A DNA stretch of 26,096 nt from an uncultured bacterium (GCA_965541585.1 CBEUCH010000027.1:1-26096), one strand, 5' to 3'. Positions 9,633-18,112 are shown, counted from the first letter of the stretch. The notes: generated from the sequence alone by a model not told the origin. Translations and numbers: made by a program.

Positions 9633-10184
9633 ATGTCAAATGCAGGAAATCAGATTGCGAGGTACAGGAGGTTTAGCATCGCCCTGGCGGTAGCGGTGTC
9701 TGTCTTTGCATTAGTAGTTCTTGTGCCGCTTTCATTCGATCGCATGGAGGTATCGGGAAGCCTGTATGCGCAAACAAAAGATAAGCCATCGAAAATCGAA
9801 ATCGAGAGCGAAGGAAAATCGAATGCCGAGATAAAGGCTGAAATCGAAGAAAAATTGAAAGGGCAGGGGCTCACGAATCCGGATGTTAGCGTGACCACCA
9901 AACCGGATGGCATGCGCGAGATCAAAGTTGGTGTTCGGGATTCATCCGATTCGAAGGTTCGCCAAAAACAAATGGAAATTATTGTTCAGGAAGACGAGCC
10001 ATTTGCTATCAAAAAGCCCTCCCTGGAGATCTCAGCTGATTCAAAAGATAAATCAGACGAGGAGATCAAAGAAGAAATCAGGAGTAAATTGGCCGCCGAG
10101 GGGGTGCAGGACGCCGATATTTCCGTCACTACAGAGTCAAGCGGCAAGCGCAATATTGAAATCGAAATGGAAAAAGAGGATTGA
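9633..10184 (+). CDS. Hypothetical membrane-anchored/exported protein with two ~50-aa repeats
   Basis: AGGAGG SD; N-terminal hydrophobic helix; repeats KS.xEIKxEI..KL..xG..xxDxSVTT...GxRxIxx. Confidence 0.8.
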   Translation: MSNAGNQIARYRRFSIALAVAVSVFALVVLVPLSFDRMEVSGSLYAQTKDKPSKIEIESEGKSNAEIKAEIEEKLKGQGLTNPDVSVTTKPDGMREIKVGVRDSSDSKVRQKQMEIIVQEDEPFAIKKPSLEISADSKDKSDEEIKEEIRSKLAAEGVQDADISVTTESSGKRNIEIEMEKED

Positions 10185-10213
10185 GATCCTTAATCCGGGT
10201 ATCAAATGAATTC

Positions 10214-10242
10214 GGGGCGCCAAAACATGGCGCCCCTTTTTT
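10214..10242 (+). terminator. Intrinsic terminator between convergent genes
   Basis: GGGGCGCCA-AAACA-TGGCGCCCC followed by a T run. Confidence 0.8.
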
Positions 10243-10275
10243 AGAATGTTCCTGTTGAAAAGTATAAAGATGATT

Positions 10276-12753
10276 TTAGTCTACGCTCGATCCTGCCTTT
10301 ATTCTTGCGCTTGATTTCAGGGACGGAACGACCGGGGCATGATTGCCGGGGTCAAATGCTATTCTCCTTGAACCGGGGCAATCCTCACAGCCGGACAGCG
10401 GCTCTGGTCCCCTATAGGCCGCGATTGATTTAACCACATCGGTGAGCTCATAGGCGACGCAGTTTCCGTCCACGTCGGCGGAAGGCTTGTATTCAGGAAG
10501 CTCCTCGGTACAAAAGCAGACGTATCCGGGTTGATCAAAGCCTCTGTAGTAGGCGATCATCTTGACAACGTCCGTAAGCTCACGCGCGGTGCCGTTTTCG
10601 TCGCTGTCGCCGGGGACGTACACACAATCCGATCCGCAGCCGACCTGCCATCTTATGGCAAGAAAATTCTGCAGCCGGTTTGCAGGATTATCATCGTTAC
10701 AGAGGTAGCTTATCCCGGAGGGCAAAACATCGTATTCCAGTCCGACAGCGGCGTCCTGCCCCTGACCGAGCGGCAGTTCCGAGACGTGATTATACTGGAA
10801 TAGGAGCGTATGGTCTTCAAAGATAACCAGCTCGAATTCCAGGTAATCACTCAAACCGTCGGGATCGTCGCGGGAAACAAGCCACTGGACTACCGTGTAA
10901 TCGACATCCGGTTCATCGAAATACTGATAATAAATCCCCTGACCGATCTCATGCTGTACTTTTAGATCATCCCAGAATAAGGCCGCCATGGGAGCGTGCG
11001 GGGTGGAGGGATCGGGGAGAGGACAATCGTTCGTGCGTGTCCAGATGTCTCTGATACCGAAATGGAGTTGCCCATGCGAATTAACATATATCGTCGTGTA
11101 GTCGATCCCGTAGAAGTTGAACGCAAAACCGATAGGCAATGGATCGGACATGAAATAATGAAGAGCCGGCTCTATCTGGGTGCCGGTCTCGGAGATATCA
11201 ATCCAGTTGAATTCCGGGCCGTTAGGCTCTGTGTTATCGACAAAGCAATATCCAAAATCATCCGGCCCGCCGCTGCCCTGGTGCACGTAACAGGGGACTA
11301 TTAGCTCGACGATATCGTCCGATGTATCCTCATCGTCCGGATTGATAACTGTTGCTCTCAGGGTATGATCGCCCGCCAACGAGGGTGTGAAAGGGCTTGC
11401 AAAAACAATCTGGGACATCTGCAGAGGATCGAGGACTATATTCGTTTCGGTGGAGCTGTAGATTTCTATGTCGTCAGGATCGTCTACGCTGAAATTGAGA
11501 TCAAAGATTTGCTGTTCCGTCCCCAGGTTTATCACGGTAACCACCGGGTTGTAATCCTGCCCGGCAACCAGAAATTCGGTGGGAAAGTCGATAGAGAGGA
11601 GGGCTATATTATCGGGAAGCAGCACGGTCTCGGCCACCATGACGTCATCGACCATCCACCACCAGGCATTCAGTCCGACATATTTAAAGCCGATTTTAAC
11701 CTGGCTTTCGCTCTGCACCCAGGACGTGATATCATACGACCGAAGACTCTCATCCCGGTTGGAGCCGCCTTCGTCCTCGCCTGTATAAAGTGCCACCTGT
11801 ACAGGCCAGCTGATGCCATCGTCCGTGGATAGCAAAACGAAAGCCGAATCGGTTTCGTTGCTGAAGGTATCATCCCAGTAATTTACGTAAAATGATAATG
11901 TGCAGAGTGCCGTTTCGCTAAATGATAGCGAAGGCGTTATCAGCCATTCGATTTGATTTTCCGACGGCGTATGGTTTACCCGGGCCACCATAACGCCCCA
12001 TGTCGTGTAGTCGTATCTTGACCAATCATTACCGTTAGGGGGATCAGGTTCCACTTCGTTGATAATGGTCCAGTCCGTGGGAGGATTATCACCGTATGGA
12101 CCCCAGTCGCCATCGAAGCTTTCAAAAAGCAGAGTATCCAGATCACTGATCAGCCGGGGTTCATCGAGATACCAGGCTAAACCGTTTGTGGTCGCAAATC
12201 GAAATGCGATCCTGACGTCAGCCTGCCCGGCCGCCCAGGACGAAATGTTATAGGAGAGGCTTTCCGGAACGCTGATAGTGCCCCTGTCTTCTACATATTC
12301 CGCGATCGTGTGGGGCCAGGTTATTCCGCCGTCGGTGGAGCCGACAACCATGGCCGTGTCGTGTTCGGCTGTTTCCCGGTTGCTGTGATGATGATGAAAA
12401 GTCAAGGTTGCGTTTGATCTGCCGCTGAAATCGACGCCGGGTGAAATAAGCCAATCGGCTATGGGGCCTGAGAACCAGACCTTGGCTACCGCACCGCCCC
12501 AGCGTTCGTTTCTGTTCCACGATTCATCATCCCACTCCGCGGTACCGCTGTCGATAACGGTCCATCCGGTTATCGGATTATCGGCAAACGGTCCCTCGGG
12601 ACCATCGAAATTCTCGAAAAGCAGGGTGTCGACTGCAGCAATTATGGGCAGTGCGGAATCTCCTGTCTCTGCCATCGCAACATCCGGTGTCGATATGTTG
12701 AAAATAGTCAGTGCGACAACAAAAATGATAAAGCTCTTAACGTAATAAAACAT
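10276..12753 (-). CDS. Large secreted protein: two cleaved-adhesin-like repeats, CARDB-like Ig domain, SGGPDxFGY nidogen-like module, C-terminal dockerin-like domain
   Basis: Signal peptide; twice DTLLFExFDG..WT..W..WLIxP; NPDDEDTSDD; SGGPDDFGY..WIDIS, LFWDDL; duplicated GDSDENG..ELTDVVK.IA.YRG / ADVDGN..ELTDVVK.IA.YRG; SD GGGAGG. Confidence 0.85.
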   Translation of the reverse strand: MFYYVKSFIIFVVALTIFNISTPDVAMAETGDSALPIIAAVDTLLFENFDGPEGPFADNPITGWTVIDSGTAEWDDESWNRNERWGGAVAKVWFSGPIADWLISPGVDFSGRSNATLTFHHHHSNRETAEHDTAMVVGSTDGGITWPHTIAEYVEDRGTISVPESLSYNISSWAAGQADVRIAFRFATTNGLAWYLDEPRLISDLDTLLFESFDGDWGPYGDNPPTDWTIINEVEPDPPNGNDWSRYDYTTWGVMVARVNHTPSENQIEWLITPSLSFSETALCTLSFYVNYWDDTFSNETDSAFVLLSTDDGISWPVQVALYTGEDEGGSNRDESLRSYDITSWVQSESQVKIGFKYVGLNAWWWMVDDVMVAETVLLPDNIALLSIDFPTEFLVAGQDYNPVVTVINLGTEQQIFDLNFSVDDPDDIEIYSSTETNIVLDPLQMSQIVFASPFTPSLAGDHTLRATVINPDDEDTSDDIVELIVPCYVHQGSGGPDDFGYCFVDNTEPNGPEFNWIDISETGTQIEPALHYFMSDPLPIGFAFNFYGIDYTTIYVNSHGQLHFGIRDIWTRTNDCPLPDPSTPHAPMAALFWDDLKVQHEIGQGIYYQYFDEPDVDYTVVQWLVSRDDPDGLSDYLEFELVIFEDHTLLFQYNHVSELPLGQGQDAAVGLEYDVLPSGISYLCNDDNPANRLQNFLAIRWQVGCGSDCVYVPGDSDENGTARELTDVVKMIAYYRGFDQPGYVCFCTEELPEYKPSADVDGNCVAYELTDVVKSIAAYRGPEPLSGCEDCPGSRRIAFDPGNHAPVVPSLKSSARIKAGSSVD

Positions 12754-12910
12754 TTTTCCTCCCAGGGGAAGATCGGTATTGCTCTTCTAATTTTTCATCG
12801 GGCTCTCTCAAATATCGCTTTCATGATTCCAGAAAGCGATGGCGAAGTCCATGTAAAGAATATATAAAATATTTTTCTACTGGCAAGAGAATTGTATTTC
12901 TGTCAGAGTG

Positions 12911-15280
12911 CTAGCTCGATCGCAACGCCCTCATGCCGTTGATGATGACCATCAGCGATACACCCATATCGGCGAATACCGCCATCCAGAGCGTGGCCAG
13001 TCCCGTGACCGCCAATACCACGAAAATCGCCTTTATGGTGATAGCCATTGCGATATTCGCGGTGATTATTCCATACGCCTTTTTTGAAAGCCGGTAAGCC
13101 CAGGGGATTTTGGCCGGCTCGTCCGACATCAGGGCGATATCGGCGGTCTCCAGAGCAATATCGGAACCTGCGGCCCCCATGGCAATGCCGATTGTCGACG
13201 AGGCCAGCGCCGGAGCATCATTGATACCATCTCCGACCATGACCACTGCCCCCGATTTCGATTTCATCGAGTTGATTGCGGCGACCTTTTGCTCGGGCAA
13301 TAGCTCCGCATAGATCTTCTCTATCCCGACTTCCTCTCCGACCGCCCGGGCGGTTCGGTGATTGTCTCCAGTCAACATCGCGATAAGGCGAACGCCCTGA
13401 TCCTTTAATTCTGAGATGGCCGACGCCGAATCGGGCCTGATTTCATCGGCGATTGCGATTATCCCCAGAACCTTTTCCGTCGTAGCCACCAGCACCGCTG
13501 ATTGAGATTTGTTTTCCAATACGTTCAGCTTTTCTTCGGTTGTTCTATCGCAGACGCCGAGATCCTCAATCAGGGCATGATTCCCAAGATATATCTTTTC
13601 TCCGTTCAGTACGCCGTAAGCGCCTCTGCCAGGTATTGATTTAAAATCGGTCGGAACGGTTACTTCTATTCCTGATTCTTGCGCATATTTTAAAATGGCG
13701 GCTGCAATCGGATGCTCGCTTCTGCTTTCTATCGAGGCCGCCAGCCTGATTACTTCATCCTTGTCTGTGGCGTTCAAAGCTATCACTTCACGAACGGCGG
13801 GAATGCCTTTTGTAATCGTGCCGGTCTTGTCGAATGCTATTGCCGGGACCTTGTGCAGGTTTTCTATGAACGCTCCGCCCTTTATCAGAACGCCCTTTCT
13901 CGCAGCACCTGCCAAGGCAGAGACGATCGTTACCGGTGTGGAGATTACGAGGGCACAGGGACAGGCTATGACCAGAAGCGCCAGGGACCGGTATATCCAG
14001 TCCGCCCAGGCGCCCCCGAACAGAAGAGGGGGGATGACCGCCAGAATAGACGCTATACCGACCACGGACGGGGTATAGATGGCGGCAAATCTATCGACGA
14101 AGCTCTGGGACGGCGCCCTCTGCGTCTGTGCCTCTTCCACAAGCCGAATGATGCTAGCGAGCGTGGTGTCACCCGCAACGTGGCCGGTTTCTATTTCGAG
14201 CGCGCCCTCGCCATTGATGGTGGCCGCATAAACTATATCTCCCGTAGTCTTATCTACCGGAAGAGATTCACCTGTTATGGGCGATTGATTGATCGAGGAC
14301 GCCCCGGATAAGATCTTCCCATCCACGGGTATCTTGCCGCCCGGCTTAACCAGCACGATTTCACCGATCCCTATTTCCTCAACGGGAATACTTTTCTCCA
14401 GCCCGTTCTTGATTACCGTAGCAGTCTGGGGAGAGAGGTCTATCAGGCCTTTTATAGCCCTGCGGGAACGGTCCAGGCTATACGATTCCAAGAGTTGCGC
14501 AATGGCGAATAATATTATGACCGTCCCGGCCTCGACCCATTCTCCTATGATAATGGCGCCAATTACAGCCGCAGACATCAGGAAATTCATATCGAGCCGC
14601 AGACGGCGCGCCGCTATGAGCCCCTTATGCCCGATCCTCCAGCCGCCGACTATAACACCGACAAGAATAATCGGCTTGAACAACCAGCCCGAGACTCCCA
14701 TGTAATGAAGTAGCCCGCCGCTGAACACCAGGATTGATGCTGTCACTACAACCCAGATACGCCAGACAGGCAATGCCCTGTCTTTGATGGGCCTCCCGGC
14801 CTCGACTACTTCCGCTTTAAAGCCTTCTATGCGCATCGCATCCAGCAGGGTAGAGGTCTGCCCGGAATGAAAAATGGTAACCTGCTGTTCGACGAGATTA
14901 AATTGCAGATCAGAAACGGACTGAAGCGAGGATAGCGCTTTTCTTATGATTCTCTCCTCATCGGCGCAGTCCATATCCGGGATGGCAAGAACCGTCTTTC
15001 TTAATTGCTTCTCTCTGAGCGGCCTCGCCGTATACCCCAAAGAATTAACACGAGCTGAGATTATCTCGGATTTCGCACCAGGCCCATCCACAGTCAGAGA
15101 CCCCTTGACGAAATCGACGCTGGCTGACTTTACTCCCGGCATGGCCGAGATATCTTTTTCAATAGTCACTGCGCAATCCGGGCAATCCATGTCCGGTATC
15201 TCGAATTTGAGTTTCTGGTTCTCCGATCGAGTCAAATCCGGGTTTCGCCGCTGACCTTTTTCGCTTGCTTTATCAGTCAT
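12911..15280 (-). CDS. cadA: Heavy-metal translocating P1B-type ATPase (CadA/ZntA-like)
   Basis: Two HMA domains (DMDCPDC and DMDCADE); TGES, CPC, DKTGT, SEHP, GDGINDAP and ADMG motifs. Confidence 0.93.
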   Translation of the reverse strand: MTDKASEKGQRRNPDLTRSENQKLKFEIPDMDCPDCAVTIEKDISAMPGVKSASVDFVKGSLTVDGPGAKSEIISARVNSLGYTARPLREKQLRKTVLAIPDMDCADEERIIRKALSSLQSVSDLQFNLVEQQVTIFHSGQTSTLLDAMRIEGFKAEVVEAGRPIKDRALPVWRIWVVVTASILVFSGGLLHYMGVSGWLFKPIILVGVIVGGWRIGHKGLIAARRLRLDMNFLMSAAVIGAIIIGEWVEAGTVIILFAIAQLLESYSLDRSRRAIKGLIDLSPQTATVIKNGLEKSIPVEEIGIGEIVLVKPGGKIPVDGKILSGASSINQSPITGESLPVDKTTGDIVYAATINGEGALEIETGHVAGDTTLASIIRLVEEAQTQRAPSQSFVDRFAAIYTPSVVGIASILAVIPPLLFGGAWADWIYRSLALLVIACPCALVISTPVTIVSALAGAARKGVLIKGGAFIENLHKVPAIAFDKTGTITKGIPAVREVIALNATDKDEVIRLAASIESRSEHPIAAAILKYAQESGIEVTVPTDFKSIPGRGAYGVLNGEKIYLGNHALIEDLGVCDRTTEEKLNVLENKSQSAVLVATTEKVLGIIAIADEIRPDSASAISELKDQGVRLIAMLTGDNHRTARAVGEEVGIEKIYAELLPEQKVAAINSMKSKSGAVVMVGDGINDAPALASSTIGIAMGAAGSDIALETADIALMSDEPAKIPWAYRLSKKAYGIITANIAMAITIKAIFVVLAVTGLATLWMAVFADMGVSLMVIINGMRALRSS

Positions 15281-15334
15281 GGCTTGTCAATATATAAATC
15301 TGGATTGATATGAACTGTTCCGCATAGGTCAGAC

Positions 15335-15685
15335 TTATTCCCTGGCGTGGTCTCTGGCAACCGCCAGAAGCGCGGACACATGACTGTCTTTCAGAGAGTA
15401 CAAGGCCATCTTGCCGACTTTCCGATATTTCACCATTCCGGTCTGCCTTAAGGTCTTAAGGTGATGCGAAATCGATGGTTGAGATAACCCCATTAAAACC
15501 GCTATATCACAGACACATAGCTCGTCCATTTCGAGGGCCTGGACTATCCTCAGACGGGTTGGATCGCAGAGGATTTTGAAGATCTCAGCCATCTTGTTGC
15601 TGATATCATTTACTCCCAGCGCCTTTTTGATCCGGGCCACCTTTTCCTCATCGACACTCAAGTATTCGCAGACTTCCTGAATCAT
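15335..15685 (-). CDS. ArsR/SmtB family metalloregulator (CadC-like)
   Basis: FKILCDPTRLRI, ELCVCD, SQPSISHHLKTL; N-terminal Cys; start set at ATG 15685 after GGGAGG SD; upstream of the ATPase. Confidence 0.92.
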   Translation of the reverse strand: MIQEVCEYLSVDEEKVARIKKALGVNDISNKMAEIFKILCDPTRLRIVQALEMDELCVCDIAVLMGLSQPSISHHLKTLRQTGMVKYRKVGKMALYSLKDSHVSALLAVARDHARE

Positions 15686-15697
15686 AATTCCTCCCAT

Positions 15698-15750
15698 CGA
15701 TACCTATATATACGTCAATATATAGTATCGGTTCCGAACGGCCCTGTCAA
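15698..15750 (-). promoter_or_regulatory. Promoter and inverted-repeat operator of the arsR-ATPase operon
   Basis: Minus strand TTGACA-17bp-TACTAT; inverted repeat CGATA-C-CTATATAT/ATATATAG-TATCG (15698-15730) overlapping the -10 and start site. Confidence 0.75.
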
Positions 15751-15969
15751 CTCTTTTCTTCTGAAATCAGGCAGAACGATATTGGGTTATTTGAGTCCAA
15801 TGGAGAGAATTTTGCAAGATGAAACGACTGTTTTTCCCCGATCCCAATTTCGCATATAGGTCTTCTGTCAAATTATATCGGCTGGTTATAGGCCGATAAT
15901 ATTAATGATAAATATGATTTTAGCCGGATACGATAATACGGATTTAGCCGACGTATTCAGGAGGATAAA

Positions 15970-16773
15970 ATGAGGGATTTAAAGATTGTCGTTTTTATGG
16001 CCCTTTTTGTGGCATTGCTTTGCCTGTTCTGTACCGACAGGAAAATAGCTAATCGCGATATGCAGGAAAACTTCACTGACACTAATGTCTGGCGCTATTC
16101 AATTAGAAATAATCCACTGAATAAGATCAAATATATATCCCCGGCCAACGGCGCGACCGATATCGGGATCGATTTCGAATTGACCTGGCACGTGGCACAC
16201 TCCGACCCCAATCCCGACCCCAACCCCTACCCCTACCCCGACATCGAAAACTATAGTTATGTGGTCTATTTTGGTGTAGACCCCCATCCCTGGCCTTTCA
16301 CTCATCATCTATTGGAATCGGAGCGTTATATATCCCCGTGGCGAAGTCAAGACAGGTGCGGTGAATTGCTGCAACAAATATATTCCGCGCAGCAGAGTTA
16401 TCGTCAAGAATATGGCACGTACTGTCTCTACGGCGTATGCGCGGACTATAATAGTAATCCGGATGGGTTCGCTTTACTCGGTATATCATTTACGGAAATC
16501 GATTATTACGTTTATTGTATGACCGCCTACACTGATTACTTTACGTGTACTGCCACCGTTAACCTCGATGACGATGTCTCTCTCGATGTTTGGACTATCA
16601 ACCAAAACGGTGATCTGGTTAATGTTATTGAGGATCTGTACAACTGGCCATTCATGTATAATACCGTTTACTACTGGAAAATCGTAGCTATAGATTCTTT
16701 CGGATATGAAATAACCGGCCCCATCTGGAATTTCACAACCGCCCGCGGTACACCGACTCGCGATAATCCTTAA
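15970..16773 (+). CDS. Putative lipoprotein: Fn3-like repeat with inserted type IV pilin-like domain
   Basis: GGAGG SD; hydrophobic signal ending in Cys (LLCLFC); YISPANG..LTW..Y.VYFG ... YYWKIVA..GPIWNFTT interrupted by LQQIYSAQQSYRQEY..FTCTAT..DVWTINQNG. Confidence 0.8.
   Translation: MRDLKIVVFMALFVALLCLFCTDRKIANRDMQENFTDTNVWRYSIRNNPLNKIKYISPANGATDIGIDFELTWHVAHSDPNPDPNPYPYPDIENYSYVVYFGVDPHPWPFTHHLLESERYISPWRSQDRCGELLQQIYSAQQSYRQEYGTYCLYGVCADYNSNPDGFALLGISFTEIDYYVYCMTAYTDYFTCTATVNLDDDVSLDVWTINQNGDLVNVIEDLYNWPFMYNTVYYWKIVAIDSFGYEITGPIWNFTTARGTPTRDNP
16204..16242 (+). repeat. In-frame hexamer tandem repeat (NAY CCC)n encoding DPNPDPNPYPYPD
   Basis: gacccc aatccc gacccc aacccc tacccc tacccc gac. 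Confidence 0.8.
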
Positions 16774-16829
16774 GCGCCATCAAGCCCCTTATTTATTGGG
16801 TTATCGCCCATTTTATACGTAGAATTCCA

Positions 16830-16859
16830 TTGACATTTAATCCGCTTCGATCCCATAAT
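16830..16859 (+). promoter_or_regulatory. sigma70 promoter duplicated from 18113-18142
   Basis: TTGACA-18bp-CATAAT, sharing CGATCCCATAATCG with the second copy. Confidence 0.6.
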
Positions 16860-16868
16860 CGGTCGCTT

Positions 16869-16934
16869 ATGGAGTTCTGGCTTTTGACAATGGCGGCGCT
16901 GATGCTCTCAGTTACCGCCTTTTTCTACCCCTGA
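16869..16934 (+). pseudogene. 21-codon ORF MEFWLLTMAALMLSVTAFFYP, truncated paralog of the N-terminus of 18151..20472 (remnant or small membrane peptide)
   Basis: Matches MEFWLFLSVGLFLSVVIY and sits behind a copy of the same promoter. Confidence 0.6.
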
Positions 16935-17000
16935 TTTCAATCCTTTTCAAATGTAACCGATATTATCTATGGTCAGCGTATTAGAAAATGGGGGGAAATC

Positions 17001-17975
17001 ATGAGAAAATCGATTAATCGGGCAGGCATGATTTTTTATGGCCTGCTATTAATGATAATGAGTGGGTCTTGTAGTGATACGCCCAACGACCCGTCCGCTC
17101 CTATCTCTCCGTCTAATCCCAACCCGGCGGATGGAGAAGATAATGCATCTATAAACACCGTGCTGAGCTGCGAATGCACTGATCCGGACGGAGATTATCT
17201 AACCTATGACATTTATTTCGGGGATGTTTCTCCTCCTCCGTTTAGAGTTGCAAGCATTCGTCAAAACAGCTACGATCTTGACCAACTCTCAAACGGCCAT
17301 TACTTTTGGAAAATATTGGCCAAAGACAGCGAAGGGAACAATACCGGCGGGCCGATCTGGAGCTTTTCAATCAGCAATCAGCCTCCGGACGTACCCGTCT
17401 ATATTTCTCCCGGAGATGGGGAGGGAAATATCGGGATTGACTTTCAATTAACCTGGCAATGCGCCGATCCTGATAGCGACCATCTTGTTTATGATATCTA
17501 TCTGGGAACAAGCCCTGATCCACCGCCTTTTGGCTCTGCTAGTTCAGGGAGCAGCTATCTCTCTCCCTGGCAGCGTCATATTGAATGCGGAGAACTACTG
17601 CAGCAGATTTATTCCATGCAGGAGGCTTATAGGCTGGAATATGATACTTATTGCCTTAATGGAGTAACTGCAAGCAGCAGCGATCCTGACGCTTTCGCAA
17701 CGCTTGATATCGAGATATCGCCTTCAAATTCGTACAGTTACATTATGGTTGCAGGACCGAATACATTTACCTGCACTGCCACCGCCAACCTCGATCTCGA
17801 TGCAACGATAGATACATGGACCATAAATCAGAATGGCCAACTTGTCGAAACGATTAATGATCTGGATGATTCCTTCCTATATAATACGACATATTATTGG
17901 AAGATTATCGCAAGAGATCCGCTTCAGCAAGAATCACTTGGGCCGATCTGGCATTTCATTTCCGCTCCTCAGTAA
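17001..17975 (+). CDS. Putative lipoprotein: two Fn3-like repeats, the second carrying an inserted type IV pilin-like domain
   Basis: Signal peptide ending SGSC; repeat 1 PSNPNPADG..DPDGD.LTYDIYFG..YFWKILAKD..GPIWSF is uninterrupted; repeat 2 has a ~100-aa insert; paralog of 15970..16773. Confidence 0.82.
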   Translation: MRKSINRAGMIFYGLLLMIMSGSCSDTPNDPSAPISPSNPNPADGEDNASINTVLSCECTDPDGDYLTYDIYFGDVSPPPFRVASIRQNSYDLDQLSNGHYFWKILAKDSEGNNTGGPIWSFSISNQPPDVPVYISPGDGEGNIGIDFQLTWQCADPDSDHLVYDIYLGTSPDPPPFGSASSGSSYLSPWQRHIECGELLQQIYSMQEAYRLEYDTYCLNGVTASSSDPDAFATLDIEISPSNSYSYIMVAGPNTFTCTATANLDLDATIDTWTINQNGQLVETINDLDDSFLYNTTYYWKIIARDPLQQESLGPIWHFISAPQ

Positions 17976-18112
17976 GGATCTAAGAAATGCCGGGATCAAT
18001 CGTTCCTGATTCTCATTGAGGATGCATTTGATTTCATATATTCTCCATGTCGATTACAGAATTCTGCTGCTTATTTTCGGTATTAACAAAAACTCAAAAC
18101 ACCAAATATAGA

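Noticed and set aside
14940..15000. Second HMA motif DMDCADE as an inactivating mutation
   Set aside because: MDCxxEE variants are common in Zn/Cd/Pb P1B-ATPases, so this is not unusual
16204..16242. Repeat as CRISPR or frameshifting phase-variation tract
   Set aside because: The unit is 6 bp, in frame, with no spacers and no cas genes
17565..17870. Insert in the lipoproteins as a mini-intein
   Set aside because: It has a Cys near its start but no block B TxxH or terminal HN-C/S/T motif; the pattern fits a pilin head better
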